A DNA stretch of 64,000 nucleotides from Octopus vulgaris (taxonomy: Eukaryota): positions 87,110,001 through 87,174,000 of the forward strand of contig OX597820.1 in assembly GCA_951406725.2 (NCBI GenBank), written 5' to 3'. Shown here piece after piece: positions 13,430 through 27,489 of the stretch. Position numbers and translations under genes: made by a program. Under the pieces are notes generated by a model, which did no database searches, was not told the DNA's origin, and saw nothing but the letters and a program-made list of their open reading frames with translations. Numbering within the stretch: the first letter of the stretch is position 1; each line of letters starts with the position of its first letter.

Positions 13430-14256
13430 CAGTGGAATACCCACATTCGAATGGTTATCTAAACGAACAAGTTGAATTAAGGACGATTTTTCTGAAGAAG
13501 AGTAAACTCGCATAACGAGCAAATATTTAATCAACGAATCACAAGCTGACTATTCACGTGCAAGTAACTGGGAGCTCATTTGCTGAGCGACCTGAACTTC
13601 GTTGAAGAAATTATGAACAGTGCTCCGGAATGGATTATGTTCGTATATAGAGACACCACTGTATGAACTTTGTTGAACAAATTATGAACAGCTTAGCGAG
13701 CTAAAATTTGAAAAACAAGTAAGGGATAGACTACGCACATATATAAGTGCTGGGAAAGCACGTATGAACCATATGCTAAATGAACAAATTTTATAGCGAA
13801 CAGTTTTCTGAAGAAACTGAAGTTTGGACAATAACAAACGAGTACAATAACAGCATTAACGAACCATATAACTGTCTGGAAGAGCGGGTAGAAATGGTTT
13901 ATTAACATCCGTGGAGGTATTTCATGTTTGCAAATTTTCATATTTTATATAGAAAATAATATTTCTCATACTTTTTACTAAAAACGGCTATGAATTGACG
14001 AAAGCAAGACAAAGGAAAAAGCGCATGCGCATGTGTACGCGCCCTACGCATGCGCCCATACGCACGCATATTTAAGTATTTGCAATTAATGGATGGACAA
14101 ATAAAATATCGTTTCATACTTTTATGTAGAGTGTAGGTGTGGCTGGAAACGGATCATCTCAATTGCTAGGTGTTTCACTTACTCTTGCAACGAAAATTTT
14201 GTTTAACGAACAGTGCTCCGGAATGGATTATGTTTGTATATAGATACACCACTGTA
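13430..14256. mobile_element. Tigger/pogo-like non-autonomous remnant with a duplicated terminus
   Basis: Begins cagtggaataccc. The ~48-bp end aacagtgctccggaatggattatgtt...caccactg|ta occurs at ~13617-13663 and again at ~14208-14256. Confidence 0.55.
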
Positions 14257-14449
14257 TGTATATGCATACTGGGTTTCTAAATAACTGAGGGCCCATTCGT
14301 TTAGCGGATGGGCTCCCAGTAACTGTTAATTGTTAGTGTTATAGAATCTTTATGCACGTTTTCTCTTCGAAGCCCATAATATACAACATACTGATCGCTA
14401 AATCTACAAGTTTTTAAAAAATTCTCTCTCTGTATTTTTCCTCATGCTC

Positions 14450-14485
14450 CTTTCTGTTGAAGAGTGTAGGCTCGAAACGTAAAAG
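14450..14485 (+). ncRNA. Minimal type I hammerhead motif (CUGUUGA core, GUA site)
   Basis: CTTT-CTGTTGA-A-GAGT-gtag-GCTC-GAAAC-GT-A-AAAG. Confidence 0.7.
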
Positions 14486-15075
14486 ACTTTCTCACTTAAC
14501 TGAGCATCAAACTAATACACCTGTCTTCGTCTTTTGTTTTCTTTTTGTTTTTCTGTAAATTTCAACTATATGTGTGAGTGTGTGTCCCACATACCTCATC
14601 CCTACCCCTTACACTAACCCTTACCAGCATCCTCCACCCTCGCATCACCCACACCCCAACACCAGCACACCACACCACACCACACACCAGCACACCACAT
14701 CATGCCACACCGCCCCACACAACACCACATCACACCGTACAACACCACACCACATCACACATCACCACACCACACCACCACACCACATCACACCACCCCG
14801 CACCAATGCACAGACCACTTCCCAGCATCTACACCACCATCCACACACCTACACATTCACACGCCCACACGTCAAGGTCACCAATCCCTATCCACACACA
14901 CACACACGTTCTCATACACACACATGCGCATCTTCGTATTGGGATCACCACTACTTTATTATCTCCCATTATTCCTAGCTCTCCTGTTTGATCACCTCTC
15001 TTCGGCCATCACCATGATTGATCGCTAGCCACTAAACCCTTTTTTAATTATCTCTCTGTTTATTTTCTCGTGTTC

Positions 15076-15111
15076 CTTTCTGTTGAAGAGCGTAGGCTCG
15101 AAACGTGAAAG
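15076..15111 (+). ncRNA. Minimal type I hammerhead motif (CUGUUGA core, GUG site)
   Basis: CTTT-CTGTTGA-A-GAGC-gtag-GCTC-GAAAC-GT-G-AAAG. Confidence 0.7.
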
Positions 15112-15206
15112 ACTTTCTCACCTTCCCGAGCGTGAAACTAATACACCTGTTTGTTGTTTACACACCCGTTTTCGTCTTTTGTTGTTTTTTTTTGGTAAAT
15201 TCCAAC

Positions 15207-15376
<170 letters not shown>

Positions 15377-15757
15377 CACACACACACACACACATATATA
15401 TATAGGCAATTATGCAGATAAAAGGAATGGCAATTATTTGAGAGAAGTAAAGTGGCAGAGGTAGATTATTAAGGCATGTGGAAAGGTACGTGAGAAGATA
15501 GAGAGAAGCGGACAGGTACACCTCTGCATACTAACCATACCAACCCACATTCATTATTCTACTAACCACTGCTACCTTGACCATCAACTCATCCCCCATC
15601 TCTTGTTCTCATTATCTCAACTTCCAATGATCCTTTAGCTATTATCCCTTTTGACAAATCTAACACAACTGACTACCATTCAAATACGATCTGCACTATA
15701 TTCCTATTCATCTCCCAAATCTCCACCCCCTCTCTCTCTCTCTCTCTCCCTCTCTCT

Positions 15758-15800
<43 letters not shown>

Positions 15801-18231
15801 GATCCGTTTTGAAACTGGCTGAACCTCACTTTAAGTTAAGATACTATAACACACACCGTAGGTCGAAAAGTTCTTTATTTTGAAAAAGGCACTAGATTTA
15901 TTCGTGAGTTCTCAGATGTACGAGGCCAGCGAATCTTCGTTAGAGTGTTGTGGTGTTTTAATGTGTTGGCATAACAGTAACGATACTACTCTTATTCTCA
16001 CACACTTATGAACCACACCATATGCATCGTACATCTGCAATTCAAGGATGAGTTTAGCTCATACATGCACACACACACTGATATATGTGTGTAAGATTTA
16101 TGCGAAAAGTGTGTTTTGTAAACCTTTGATAAATTTAGAATAAACTGCAGTTTCCAAGCCTTTCTTTGTGGAATTTTAATTTCTTGATATTTCCTTCATA
16201 CACTGAAAAATATAATCAATTTTACTTACATGTTTCTTGGTTCGTTGACGTCACATCAGAGTATGTAACCTTTTCTTTCTTCTGAATATGAAGAGAACTT
16301 ATAGTAATTAACGGTTTAAATCAAAGAGAAATTAGAACTTGGTTATAATGACAACACTAATTTTCATAACTCTGTGTGTGTGTTTGTTACCGACGTATGT
16401 AAGTAATATTTTTTTTCTAAAATACATTTTATTTTATAAAATCTAAAATAAATTCATTTCCCCTCAATTGTCTGCGTACGAAGATAATAACAATGTGTTC
16501 ACGTGCAGCTAGACATTTAAATATAGTGGAGAATAACACAGTCTCCACAATTAGATGTTGAAACAAATATCAATTTAAATTGTTCCAAGGCATCAATTAA
16601 TGATTTGCACAACTGCTACTCACTGAAGAAATGACGAAATGAAAATTACGCACATGCTATTTCATGTAGTCTGGATCGCTGGATCGCGCAAAGAGTCTCT
16701 ATGAACCAATGCCTTGATTAAACGAACTAAGATGTCTCACGTGTCGCTAGTTCCCACATAAATCTATCTCAAGTATTATTTCCCAATCGCACAATCTCCA
16801 GGTAAAGGCGCTCGCTTCGTTAACCTCGTATATTCTAGTTACTTTATATTCAATACATCCGTGACTGTCTGAAGAAACGGAAAGGCACACTTTTTATTGT
16901 CCTTATATGTTTATATTCAATATCTGGAATTTCGATTATTCAAATTGTGCCTTGTAACGTCTACTGAGTCTAGTTATAAAATAAATCGTTCTGGGGTATT
17001 TTAAGCTTTCTAGTTCAATAAGACAAAAAGGATGTTTTGACGAAATTTATAAGGGAGGAATTTTTCTGTTGTATATTAATTACCTCAATTCTCCACCCGT
17101 GTTCTTTACATGCATTATATATTCTTTTGCTTGGAGCCGATATCTGTTTGCAAGTCTTCACGGGAACTTTTCTCTTTAATAATTGTTTGAAGAGGCGAAA
17201 AGTAAAAAAAAACTTCTAGATGTCCCAGAAAGATTAATTCAGGCTAAATAATGCATATTTTCTTCAAAAGGCTATATTCAAGATACTTGCACATTGAACG
17301 TAACTCAGCTAACACTTACTTAACTGTGTATAAGTTTCAGTAAATAAACACACCGATTTGATGATTTGGTATGCACCTTGAGATTAGTTTGTTTAGTCAT
17401 ATGTTTGTGTGTATGTGTGTGTGTTTGTGTTTGCGCGCGCGCATATGTATGTGTGAGTGCGTATACGCGCGCGTGCGTGTGTATGAGTGATGGTATAGTG
17501 GTTAAAGCGTCAGTTATATTTGCAGATGTGGGTTCAAGTCCAAAGTCAGCCGTCAGCCTTTTTCACTCTTAAACTTCTTTCAACTCCAAATTCCATAAGC
17601 TATTGTTTATAGCTTTATCTACCTCGAGTTCGACATTAAAAAAGATTTACTTCAAAAATTCACACACGCACGTGAGTGGGTGTGTGGGTGTGTATGTGGT
17701 GTATGCATATTTATGTACGTAAATATTTATACGCAGGTATGAACTGGGCGTAGAAGATGGCCAGGTCTAACACTTAAATACAGCTCAGCAACTTAGGCTA
17801 TGATCTTGCTAACTGCAACTAGTACTGGAATGGGATACAGTAAGCTCCAGTGACAATTTTAAAATATGACCAATTACAGGAACATTTTGAGACCATATCA
17901 AAATAGTATTAGAACATATTCTAAGGTCAATATTAAGTACTTTATCCCATTAACTTATAATCCGATCACTAAAATAGTCTTAAGTTAATAACAAACACTT
18001 AGATCGAAAATAAAAACACAACTCCTCCAACATATAACTTAGAGAGAGAAATACACGAATTTGAAGAAAAGTCTTCAGAGTGCAAGTGAAAGTTAAAAGT
18101 TTAGCTGTCTTATATTTTGAGGTAACACTGGGCAGTCTGAATGAGTCCATTTGTTGTATTAAAAATTTCATTGGGTTTTACAATTATTTTTGTCAATCTC
18201 TGTAGTTATGAAGAATAGAATACTTATACAC

Positions 18232-18300
<69 letters not shown>

Positions 18301-18320
18301 CATATATATATATATGTATG

Positions 18321-18374
<54 letters not shown>

Positions 18375-18434
18375 TATATACATGCACATATATACATATA
18401 TGTATACATATGTACATATATGTATACATATATA

Positions 18435-18465
<31 letters not shown>

Positions 18466-20169
18466 AACAGAGTGAGATAAAGGGAGAGAGAAGAGATAGA
18501 GAGAGAAAAAGATTCTGTAATTATGAATAGAGTGAATCAAGTTGAAATGTTATTATGGTGACCTTATTAAATTAACTTGCTCCATATCAAAATAAAATGA
18601 GTGTCTGATTTTCCACGAAATTGAAATTATTAAGCAATAATAACTCAATTATTCTACAGGAGATGATATACATTTCATACGACGTGATAATATTTATTGA
18701 GGAAGGACGATGTTATATATAATATGCGGTTATTCAAATGAATGAATCAAATTTAACGTGTTTTTCTATGTTTAGGCTTAAACAAATACCTGCTGTTGAT
18801 ACAGAGTGTAATAATACAGTGTAAATAATATTGTTCCTTCCCGAAAAATGGTATAAGTATCTTTCATATTTTTCGTACCCTCCATGTACAAATTACTTTC
18901 ATGTTCTTTACTATTTGCAAGACATGCTGTGCAGTAAAGTAAATTATTAGATTTATTGTATGATAACCAATAACTCCAAAATCATTTTTCTCCGAAATAT
19001 ATGGAAAATAGGAGAGATCTATCACCTTTTAGTTATTTGGATTGCAATAGCAAAAGAATCTGTATAGTCTTTCTGTTGTTATATCAAATTTTCTTGTAGC
19101 CTCAGCTACAATGTCTGTCTTGTCACATTGATTCTATGCACATACAACCTCAGTAGTATCGGCATTAATTCCTTCTACTTTAGAATTATTATGAATCAAA
19201 GAAGGTTTAGTTATGGAGGTTTGAAATTCACCTCCTACATCGTAATACTCCAACACTGATGATGAAGTTGAAACATAACTTTGAATATGCCACTCAGCTT
19301 CGAATACTTTTTTGCTTCTTATAACAATACCTTATTTTCTTTCCATAGAGATTTTCTGAGCCTCTATTGTGTTTTAACATGAATAACTATATGTAACAAT
19401 TGTTTTTCTTTTGTCTATGGTCAGTAAGAGCTATTTCGTATTTGCTTCTATCTAGAAATCAAAGGAAATGACTACTGTTCCCTTCAAATTTTGCTTTTGT
19501 GTCCTGGACATCAATGTTTTGAAACTGACCTATTTTCCATTACATTTCTTCAGATTCAGTGCTGAGTTTCTGAAGCAGAATTTTCTAGAACTTTCTAGAA
19601 GTTTCAATAACTTTCGAGAAGTTTCTAAAAGTTTCAAGAGTTTCTGGAACGTTTTGGCAACATAGACTGCAGAATAAATACAGGAATCGTAAGTTCAACA
19701 GTTCAGTTTACTTCTAGCTGTCCAAGTGGAGACAAGTTTGAGGAAAGCAAAGTTTGAAGGAAACATTAACCATTTTTCATACCTTCTAAAGGTAAGAAAT
19801 TAGGAAATAACAGTTGCCCCCCAAGGACAAAAATCTTTGTTTCTATCGAAAACGCGGTTTGGTGAAAAAATTAGTCCAACATTTTGTTTACATATACCTT
19901 GAAAATCTTCCTGAAACCTTTTTTGAAATAAGGTTTTCAAGATATATTTAAAAAAAATTTTTGTTCATCAACTATTATTAGATATCAGCTATTACTTGAT
20001 TAGTCTTCTAGAACATTTTTAATGAAAATTTTTTAATAAAAATTTACAAATATTATCTAGTTTTATAGCTGATTTCAAACATATATCTTTTTGAGAAACT
20101 GTTAGAAAGCTTCAAAAATTTAGGAAAATAATAAAGTATATTAGCATTGACTGATTAAGGTGGTAATCT

Positions 20170-20500
20170 TTTGAGATCGGTAAAATAAGTACCATTTGAG
20201 TAGTGGAGTTGATTTAATCGATTCATCCCCTCCCCTGAAATTGCTGGCCTTATTCCAAAATTTGAAACCAGTATTAGTATTGACTGATTAAGAAATCAAG
20301 CTAGCAGAGTCGTTTGCACGCTAAGCAAAATGTTTAGCGACATTTCGTCCGCCTTTACGTTCTGAGTTCAAATTCCACCAGGGTCGACTTTGCTTTCGGG
20401 GTCGATAAAATAAGTACCATACCAGTTGTGCACTGGGGTTGATGTAATTGACTTACTCATTTACCTCGAATTTTCTGGTTTCGTGCCAAAATTTGAAATC
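20170..20500 (+). mobile_element. Tandem SINE family B pieces
   Basis: A 3' half followed by a near-complete copy; both end ccaaaatttgaaa. Confidence 0.8.
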
Positions 20501-21719
20501 AATACTGGCATTGATTTACAACTACTTACGTAGTTGGTTGTCTAAGTTCAAAATTAACACGAAAAGAGGCCTTGTGACAGGTAGTCATTGAATAAAAATT
20601 CTTTCTGAGTGGGAATCAGAAAATTAAAAATTAGAGGCATTTGTTAGTAACTCTCAAAAGTATTATTTTTTTTATTTTAGAAAGAAAAGTTGGTAATAAA
20701 AAAATTTATTGAGTTAATCGTATTTCAAAAAAGAAAACATAGACTGTGTGCTATTGTAAAATATGAGCGCAATATACTGTTTTGTTTTATGTGTGTCTAC
20801 GCTTCACTTGCTAGTCACTATTATAGAGCCAAAATTATAGTTTTTATAATCTTAAGTGCATCCTAATTAATTTCTCAAACAAAAAAAATAGAAAAATGTA
20901 AATTATTGCATAAAACTGTTAGATAAATTGGCTTTTATTAAAAAGGATAGAAATTACAATTTCATCAAATAAAACAAAACTTTATTGTTGAATTAATTAA
21001 AGTTTAAATACAAACTAGAGAGATGCAAATGCAGGATGCACAAAATGTGGTATATTTTAGTCGTTCAATCTGTTTGTGACTTGGTTTGCATCAAAATTTT
21101 CCATCTTTGTATTTTAAAATAAAGTAAGCCGGAAAACGCTTTAATTAGCATTAGTTAAGATAATACAGAAATAGGAATTACTCAGAAAATACATAGAAAT
21201 ATCAAAATCTGTTAAACAAAATGTGAGATTTAAATACTAACACTTTTAAATATAATTTTGGAAACTCAATGTTTTCTTAATAAGATTTTCAGGTTGTATC
21301 CTTCATGAACTCCATTAAATTTCTTATAAAGTTGCAATTAAATAACTGACTCTCCTTGGAACATAACTATGTTACAGCTAGTATAATAACTTTGGTTTCG
21401 ACTCACATTCTTGGTTAAGTTCTACATTAACATATTATTACATTCATGTGCTGGTTTTGCAAGTTAAATGTTGTATTCGGAAACAGATGTGTCCTAGGAG
21501 AATCCTTTTACCAATAGGGAAAGAAACGCACTGGTTATATCTTACTTGAAAGAAATTACCATTATCAAACATAACAGAAATAATTATTATTGGTCAATCA
21601 ACCAATTAACTAATCGATTGATTGATAAACCGTTCGACTAATCCACCAACTATTTGGGTTGTCAGAGACATTCCGTCTCTATTCACACCCTCATCAATAT
21701 ATATACTTATATATTTATA

Positions 21720-21865
21720 TACGTAATCTGATCAATAAGTATCCGGACTGTTGCCATTGTAACGAGGCTAAAGCATTTATAGTGAAGCCGCTAGGCACAA
21801 ATTGACCTTGAACTATCCTGCGCATGCGCACTAAGTTTTAATGTTCTAGCTCACTTCCGCCGTTG
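21720..21865 (+). mobile_element. Mariner-type terminal fragment
   Basis: tacgtaatctgatcaataagtatccggac resembles mariner TIRs (compare caataagta in the 49398 TIR). No partner end seen. Confidence 0.5.
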
Positions 21866-22244
21866 GAAATAACATGTGTATCGTAAGGTGCCCAGGTACT
21901 CTCATTTTGTTGATTACACTCAATTTGGTGGTTACACTCCTTGTGTGCATGCGCAGCATATTTGATAACTATGGAAACAGAGTTCTTTGCAATCAGCTAT
22001 GGAACACGTGGTACTTTTTTACTTGCTATGCTAACGAAACTTCACGGTGATGTGTAAAATACTCGCTTCTGATTGGCTGAAATACCCAAATTTTGCACAT
22101 TTTAAAGGTTAACTTTTTAATTATGAATTTATAGGAAAAGTGATTTTTATTTTCATAATTAGTATAAAAAACCAAACCATATACCAAATTTGAAAACAAT
22201 TAGAACAAAATTGTAAACAGTGACGATAACCACAAAGAATCGAG

Positions 22245-22511
22245 CATCGGGCTCACAAATATGTGGTAGCGAGTTCGATTCCCGGACCGAGGTGTGTGAC
22301 TTCTTCTTGTGCAAGACACTTCATTTCACGTTGCTCCTGTTCCCTCAGCTGTAGAAATGAGTTGCAATGTCACTGGTGTCAATTTGTATCGGTCTTTGCC
22401 TTTCCCTTGGGTAACATCGGTAGTGTGGAGGCTAGTATGCATAAGTGACTGCGAGTCTTCCATAAACCACCTTGTGCCTCAGAAGGTTACCATCTAGATG
22501 CAATCTCATGG

Positions 22512-22515
<4 letters not shown>
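22245..22515 (+). mobile_element. tRNA-derived SINE family C
   Basis: B box gagttcgattccc, then gcaagacacttcatttcacgttgctcc. Homologous to 23173-23400 and 32850-33170. Confidence 0.8.
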
Positions 22516-22544
<29 letters not shown>

Positions 22545-23172
22545 CATACATACGACGGGCATGCACACAGTTTCCGCCCTCTAAATCCACTCATAAGGCA
22601 TCGAGCGGTCTGGAGCTTGGGTAGAAAATACTTTTCCCAAAGTGCCGCCTTGTGCGACAGAACCCGAGGCCACGTGGTTGCAAAGCGAGCTTCTGAACCA
22701 TATAGCCATGCTTGAACCGTTTTACTGAGACAAATTAACGACTAATTCGAAACGATTTGGTGCTGTGACCAATATCTATTTAAAATAAAAAAAAGAAGAG
22801 AAAGAATTAATGTTGACTGTACAAATATAAAGAAGATGTACATGTATTTAATTTTAAGCTATGATTGTGAGATATTTTAATGATACTGACGACAATTTTC
22901 TTCGGCTTGTATAAAAGGAAAAAAGTCCCCAAGCAGCTTTACTTCAAATAGAAATCTGTTATAAGAGGTTGAATATGTAAATCGAATAGAACGTAAGCGA
23001 TCTGAATTCTGTTTCTTATCTACTAACGGTAAACCCACACAATGTATGTGCTGTGTGTATATTTATTCTATATTTGTATGTATATATATATGGTGTGTGT
23101 GTGTGTGCGTATGCATATATATGTATATGTGTACACACACACACACACACACACGGAGTATATCTTGCGCGT

Positions 23173-23400
23173 GGAGGTGCGTGGTTTAGCTGTTAGTGTA
23201 TTGCATTTATGATCGTAAGATTCCTGGAACGGGCGACACATCGTGTTCTTGAGCAAAACACTTCATTTCACATCACTCCAGTTCAAGCAACTGGCAAAAA
23301 TGGGTAATCATGCGACGGACCTGTGGCAGAGGTGATAGTGGGAAATACATACGCCACAACCTGGAAAATCTGCCATATGTTCCTATGGCTCGGGAGGTAC
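23173..23400 (+). mobile_element. SINE family C
   Basis: ggaggtgcgtggtttagctgttag...gtgttcttgagcaaaacacttcatttcac. Confidence 0.75.
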
Positions 23401-23504
23401 CTCTTATATCTTATCTTTCGTCTTTTTTGTCAGGCGCACCGCATTGAAGAATTTTTAGTCTATTGAAACGAACGCATTATATATATATATATATATATAT
23501 ATAT

Positions 23505-24313
23505 ACCAAAATCTCAGGCAATAACAAATATATACAAATATATACTGAGCCAAATAACATAAACTTAGATTCATCACCGTTTGCCATTTTTCTTGAGACC
23601 ACAACACATGTTCGGTTGCAAAGGTAAGACGACACTTTTTATTCTTGGAGCTGGTCAGTGGCTTCACTGCAGATGCTCTTGCTTGTAGGTCATGTTCAAC
23701 TGCTCATTTCCCGAGAAACAGCAGCAGCAGTTTTAAATCTGTCCTTTTTAACCAACTTTACCATAGCACGATCTTCTCTCTTGGTCGTTTTTCTTGGCCT
23801 ACCTGTAGACTTTCTTGCTTCACACGAACCACAATCATCGTAGACCTTAAGAATACCGTGTACAACACTTTTTGACTTGTTAACAATCTTTGCAATAGAT
23901 CCAATACTTAAATTATCCTTCCTTCGAAGCTTAATAATCTGCTGACGAATTGGTAACGGAGTAAGAGGCATTATATTAACAAAGTACACTGGAAATATTC
24001 TTACTAATGTTTAGTAAACGAACCGTCACGTAAACAAATACAAAACATTAGAGTTCGCCGGTTAAATATACTAAAACATGGAGTAAAAGCAACCGTTCTG
24101 ATCATTTTGGCCGCCATGGGTTTTGCAGTAAATCACTAATTCATCCATAACTTTTGTATTATCCTCTCAAATTACACCAAAATCTCAGGCAATAACAAAT
24201 AATATTGTGTTTATTGTCTGTAAAAATTATAGAATATAAAACAACTTTGATAAAAAATTATATCTACTTTTCTGACGAAAAAAATGCCGTTCTGAACATT
24301 TTGGCCGCAACTG
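23505..24313 (-). mobile_element. Truncated Tc1-family transposon (IR/DR-type end and N-terminal transposase)
   Basis: ORF MPLTPLPIRQQIIKL...KSTGRPRKTTKREDR (paired-like HTH, GRPR motif), then KPLTSSKNKKCRLTFATEH..W...W. Terminus ta|cagttgcggccaaaatg, with an inner direct repeat of the outer motif at ~24093-24114. Catalytic domain missing. Confidence 0.9.
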
Positions 24314-25251
24314 TATATATATATATATATGTATGTATGTATTATGTATGTATATAAGTAGCAAAGAGATACAGGTGTCATGTATATTTATACATAATAC
24401 ATATACATCTATATATATATTTACATTTATTTATTCTATCAGTCACTCGGTTACTTTTGCTGAACCCCTACGTTACGGACATGTAAACACCCCAACACTG
24501 GTTGTCAAACAGTGTTGGGAGACAAACACAGACACGCACAACAAACATGCACATATTTATATAAAGAGAGAGGGGGAGGAAGAGAGAGATGGGTAGATTG
24601 ATATATAGTTTAATATTTCCTTCCATGTGACCGGTGTTCAGCCAAGCATGATCTTTCTTTCTAGGCGTGACTGCCGGACGAGAAGCATCTCATATTTCTG
24701 TCTCATGACTTTCATCTGTTATGTTCATCAATGTTCCTGCCTCAAGGTTTTCACTCCACACACGCCGGCTCAATTTGATTCGTCCCTATTAGTCGAAAGA
24801 CGTCTGCTGTTATTTCTTTGTTGTTTATATTTGTAATTCCGTAACATTTTCTCCTTTTTTTCTGTCGAATATTTTGTCTTTGTTGTCGTACATATTTGCT
24901 TGCTTTCTCCTAAAATATTTAATGCTCTTAGCCTATATTTTGGGGGACAGACAGATTTGAACGGGCTCGTGTGTAACAGGCTGAAACTGTATGGATGATA
25001 TGGAATCTTGACTGACGAGAGAAGACTGTAAATGAGCCGACCTTGTTTTTTACTCTCCGTCTTTTCGTTGTTTTTCCTGTCCGTCTTTGTTTTTTATCAT
25101 CTGTTGCGTTCTTATTCCATTTTTTTATATATATGTGGTGTGTGAGTGTGTGTTTCTATGTGTGTCTGTGTGTGTGTTTATAGAGTATTTAAGTGGTGTA
25201 AAAATATTGTATATTAAGAAAAAGGAGGCAGTCAGAATTTTTGATTATTTT

Positions 25252-25294
25252 TTATGAACGCTTTCGTTCACTTAACCGAACTCTTCGAGATAAT
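25252..25294 (-). ncRNA. Degenerate type I hammerhead
   Basis: Minus strand TTAT-CTCGAAGA-GTTC-ggttaagt-GAAC-GAAA-gcgt-TC-ATAA. Stems I and II pair; the core has a one-base insertion. Confidence 0.6.
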
Positions 25295-26077
25295 ATCAAG
25301 TTAATAAACAGAGTTCCTTTTATATGAATTGAAGAGAAATTTTATATTTTGGAGAAAGGGAGGAAGAGAGGAAGATAGGGAGCAAAACAAGTGATAAAGA
25401 GAAAGAAAAGCAAAGAAGAAGGGAAGAGTGACAAAGAGAGAAAGATGTTTCTTTTCAATTATATTGTATCGATGTGGGCAACCCATTGAAATTTAATTAC
25501 AATTCAAGCTGGGGATCGTTTGTTCTAACCAAAAACTCGACTGAATCAAGAATAACACCATGAACTATAATTAAATTCGATTTTTACAATTCTGTAAATG
25601 ATAATAATAATAATAATAATAATATTTTATAAGCTTAAAGCTTATAATTGATCACCGTGTGTGAGAACCGTTACAAATTTTGTACGTAATATGATGCATC
25701 TGCAAAGTTTTATATGAATATGACGATTTAACATTACATGCACTGGCCTATGTGCCGGGAATCGCCCTTAATATACTGATTGAGGTATAGATGTAGATAG
25801 CTAGACACATACATAGATAGAAACAGAGAGAGAGAGACAGAGAGAGGGGGAGATTTAAAAGTTATCCACTAATCACAAATTGAATTATGGCGCTGGAGAT
25901 ATTATTATATGGAATGGTGAAAACGGTCAAAGTGCACAACATTAAGAAATGGTGCAATAATTGCAATCGTTTATACTTCCCAAAACATGCAAGACCAAAA
26001 TGTGATAGATTACGGGTTTTTCGAAAAGTATGCAAAATGCATCCATCTGTTTAACACGTGTGCATGTGTGTTATACG

Positions 26078-26268
26078 TATCAGGACAATTACCCCCTCCC
26101 CTAGGATAATTTCCTCCGATGACAACTGCCCCTTAGGACAATTACACCCCTTGGTTAATTACCCCCTCTCCAATATATCAAGAAGTTTTAAATCATCATC
26201 GGTTGTCCTCAGGGTGTTATTGTCCTGGGCGGGGTTATTGTCCATCTGGGGTAAATGTCTTAGACTCG
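26078..26268. mobile_element. MITE with subterminal repeats
   Basis: Left end has repeated ggacaatta(c)ccc motifs; right end has the complementary gggg/tgttattgtcc motifs. Confidence 0.6.
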
Positions 26269-26315
26269 TGTTATATGTGTTTGCTTACCAACCAAATAGT
26301 TCCGGGTTCAATCCG

Positions 26316-27485
26316 GGAGATAGCTACCGCCAGACTGCACTCAGCCACACCATTAAAAACTGTAGAAGTGGTGCTTCTGCCCGTATACATTGAGAGATGT
26401 GCTTCCAGCGTAAGGGTAGAAGACATACCCCCAGAGGTGAACGTAGCTGCCATACTGCTAGGCATGAAAGCAAAGGTGTTGGTCCTGCAGGCCACCAGAA
26501 CACCCTACAGAAACTGGCAAGGGCAGAGCCTGGACATGGTGGTACAGATTAATCCAAAAGATATTGAAAGTATGGTGGAGACAATCACGGTCGCAGTCGT
26601 GATGCTGAAAGTCAGAGTGGAAAGGAGGGTTCTGCAGTGTTACAAATGTGGCCTGGAAGGCCACATTAGAGCGGATTGTGCTCCACCACCTATGAAGGCT
26701 AGAGAAAGGCAGGAGAGTGAGAAGGTGGTTGGTGCTCCACTGCCCGTGGAGGCTGATTAGAAGACTAGTACCAGCATCGAGGAAGAGGAGGTAAACACCA
26801 GCTGGGAAACAGCGGGAAAAAGAGAAAGAAGAGGAGAAAGAGGACACACGTGGTAAAGTACAACCCCCAACCCACACCCACCGGCTCTCACCCACACCCA
26901 TTCTACCCCAACCACTCCTACAGACACCAACCCTCCCCATAAACAGAAGCACATACACACAGAAGCCCCAAATTTCTCCCATCCCGGCCCATGGATAAAT
27001 TTGTGACATTATATAACAGGAATAAAGAACTTTGCAACGAGATAAAGACAAGGGACAAAGCAATAGAAGTGAATATAACAAAAGGAGGAGGGTTGCCAGA
27101 GGACGTTTGCTATGCAGTGGCGAACCCGGAGTACCTCTCAAGATTGATAAAGTACGAAGAAAAAACTGATTTCGATTGGTGGGTTACGAAAATGGAAACC
27201 AGCAAAATACCTAAAAGGGCAAGTTATGCTTACATTTTAAGGTAACTGGACATAGGAATTTTCCAAAATAGTGGAAACTAGCTGTCACAAAGGCATTATC
27301 AATGGTAGTTTAAATTAATGTTTTCAAAAAAAGGGTTGTATTAACAGGTTCAATGAAATTGCTCGCTGGTGGGGGCCGAATGGTTTCATTCCATTTTGTC
27401 ATTATATTCAATCCATCTTTTCCATTCGTTTTGTTTCTTGTCCCCACCTTGTACTGTCCCCTCTATATACGGCCTTCATGGTTAA
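26316..27485 (+). mobile_element. Internally deleted LINE: ORF1 with CCHC zinc knuckle and probable 3' UTR
   Basis: ORF contains CYKCGLEGHIRADC (CX2CX4HX4C). The 3' part (tgtcccctctatatacggccttcatgg) loosely resembles the LINE 3' end at ~63505-63570 (minus). Confidence 0.7.
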
Positions 27486-27489
27486 TCTT

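Noticed and set aside
14574-15028. His/Thr/Pro-rich ORFs
   Set aside because: Low-complexity CACCA tract that is open in all three frames.
17488-17555. tRNA-like A box (tggtatagtgg) and B box (ggttcaagtcc)
   Set aside because: No acceptor or anticodon stems; a decayed SINE head, not a tRNA gene.
26203-26315. N-terminus of the 185-aa ORF
   Set aside because: It runs through a MITE end and a SINE head; only the downstream part is LINE ORF1.
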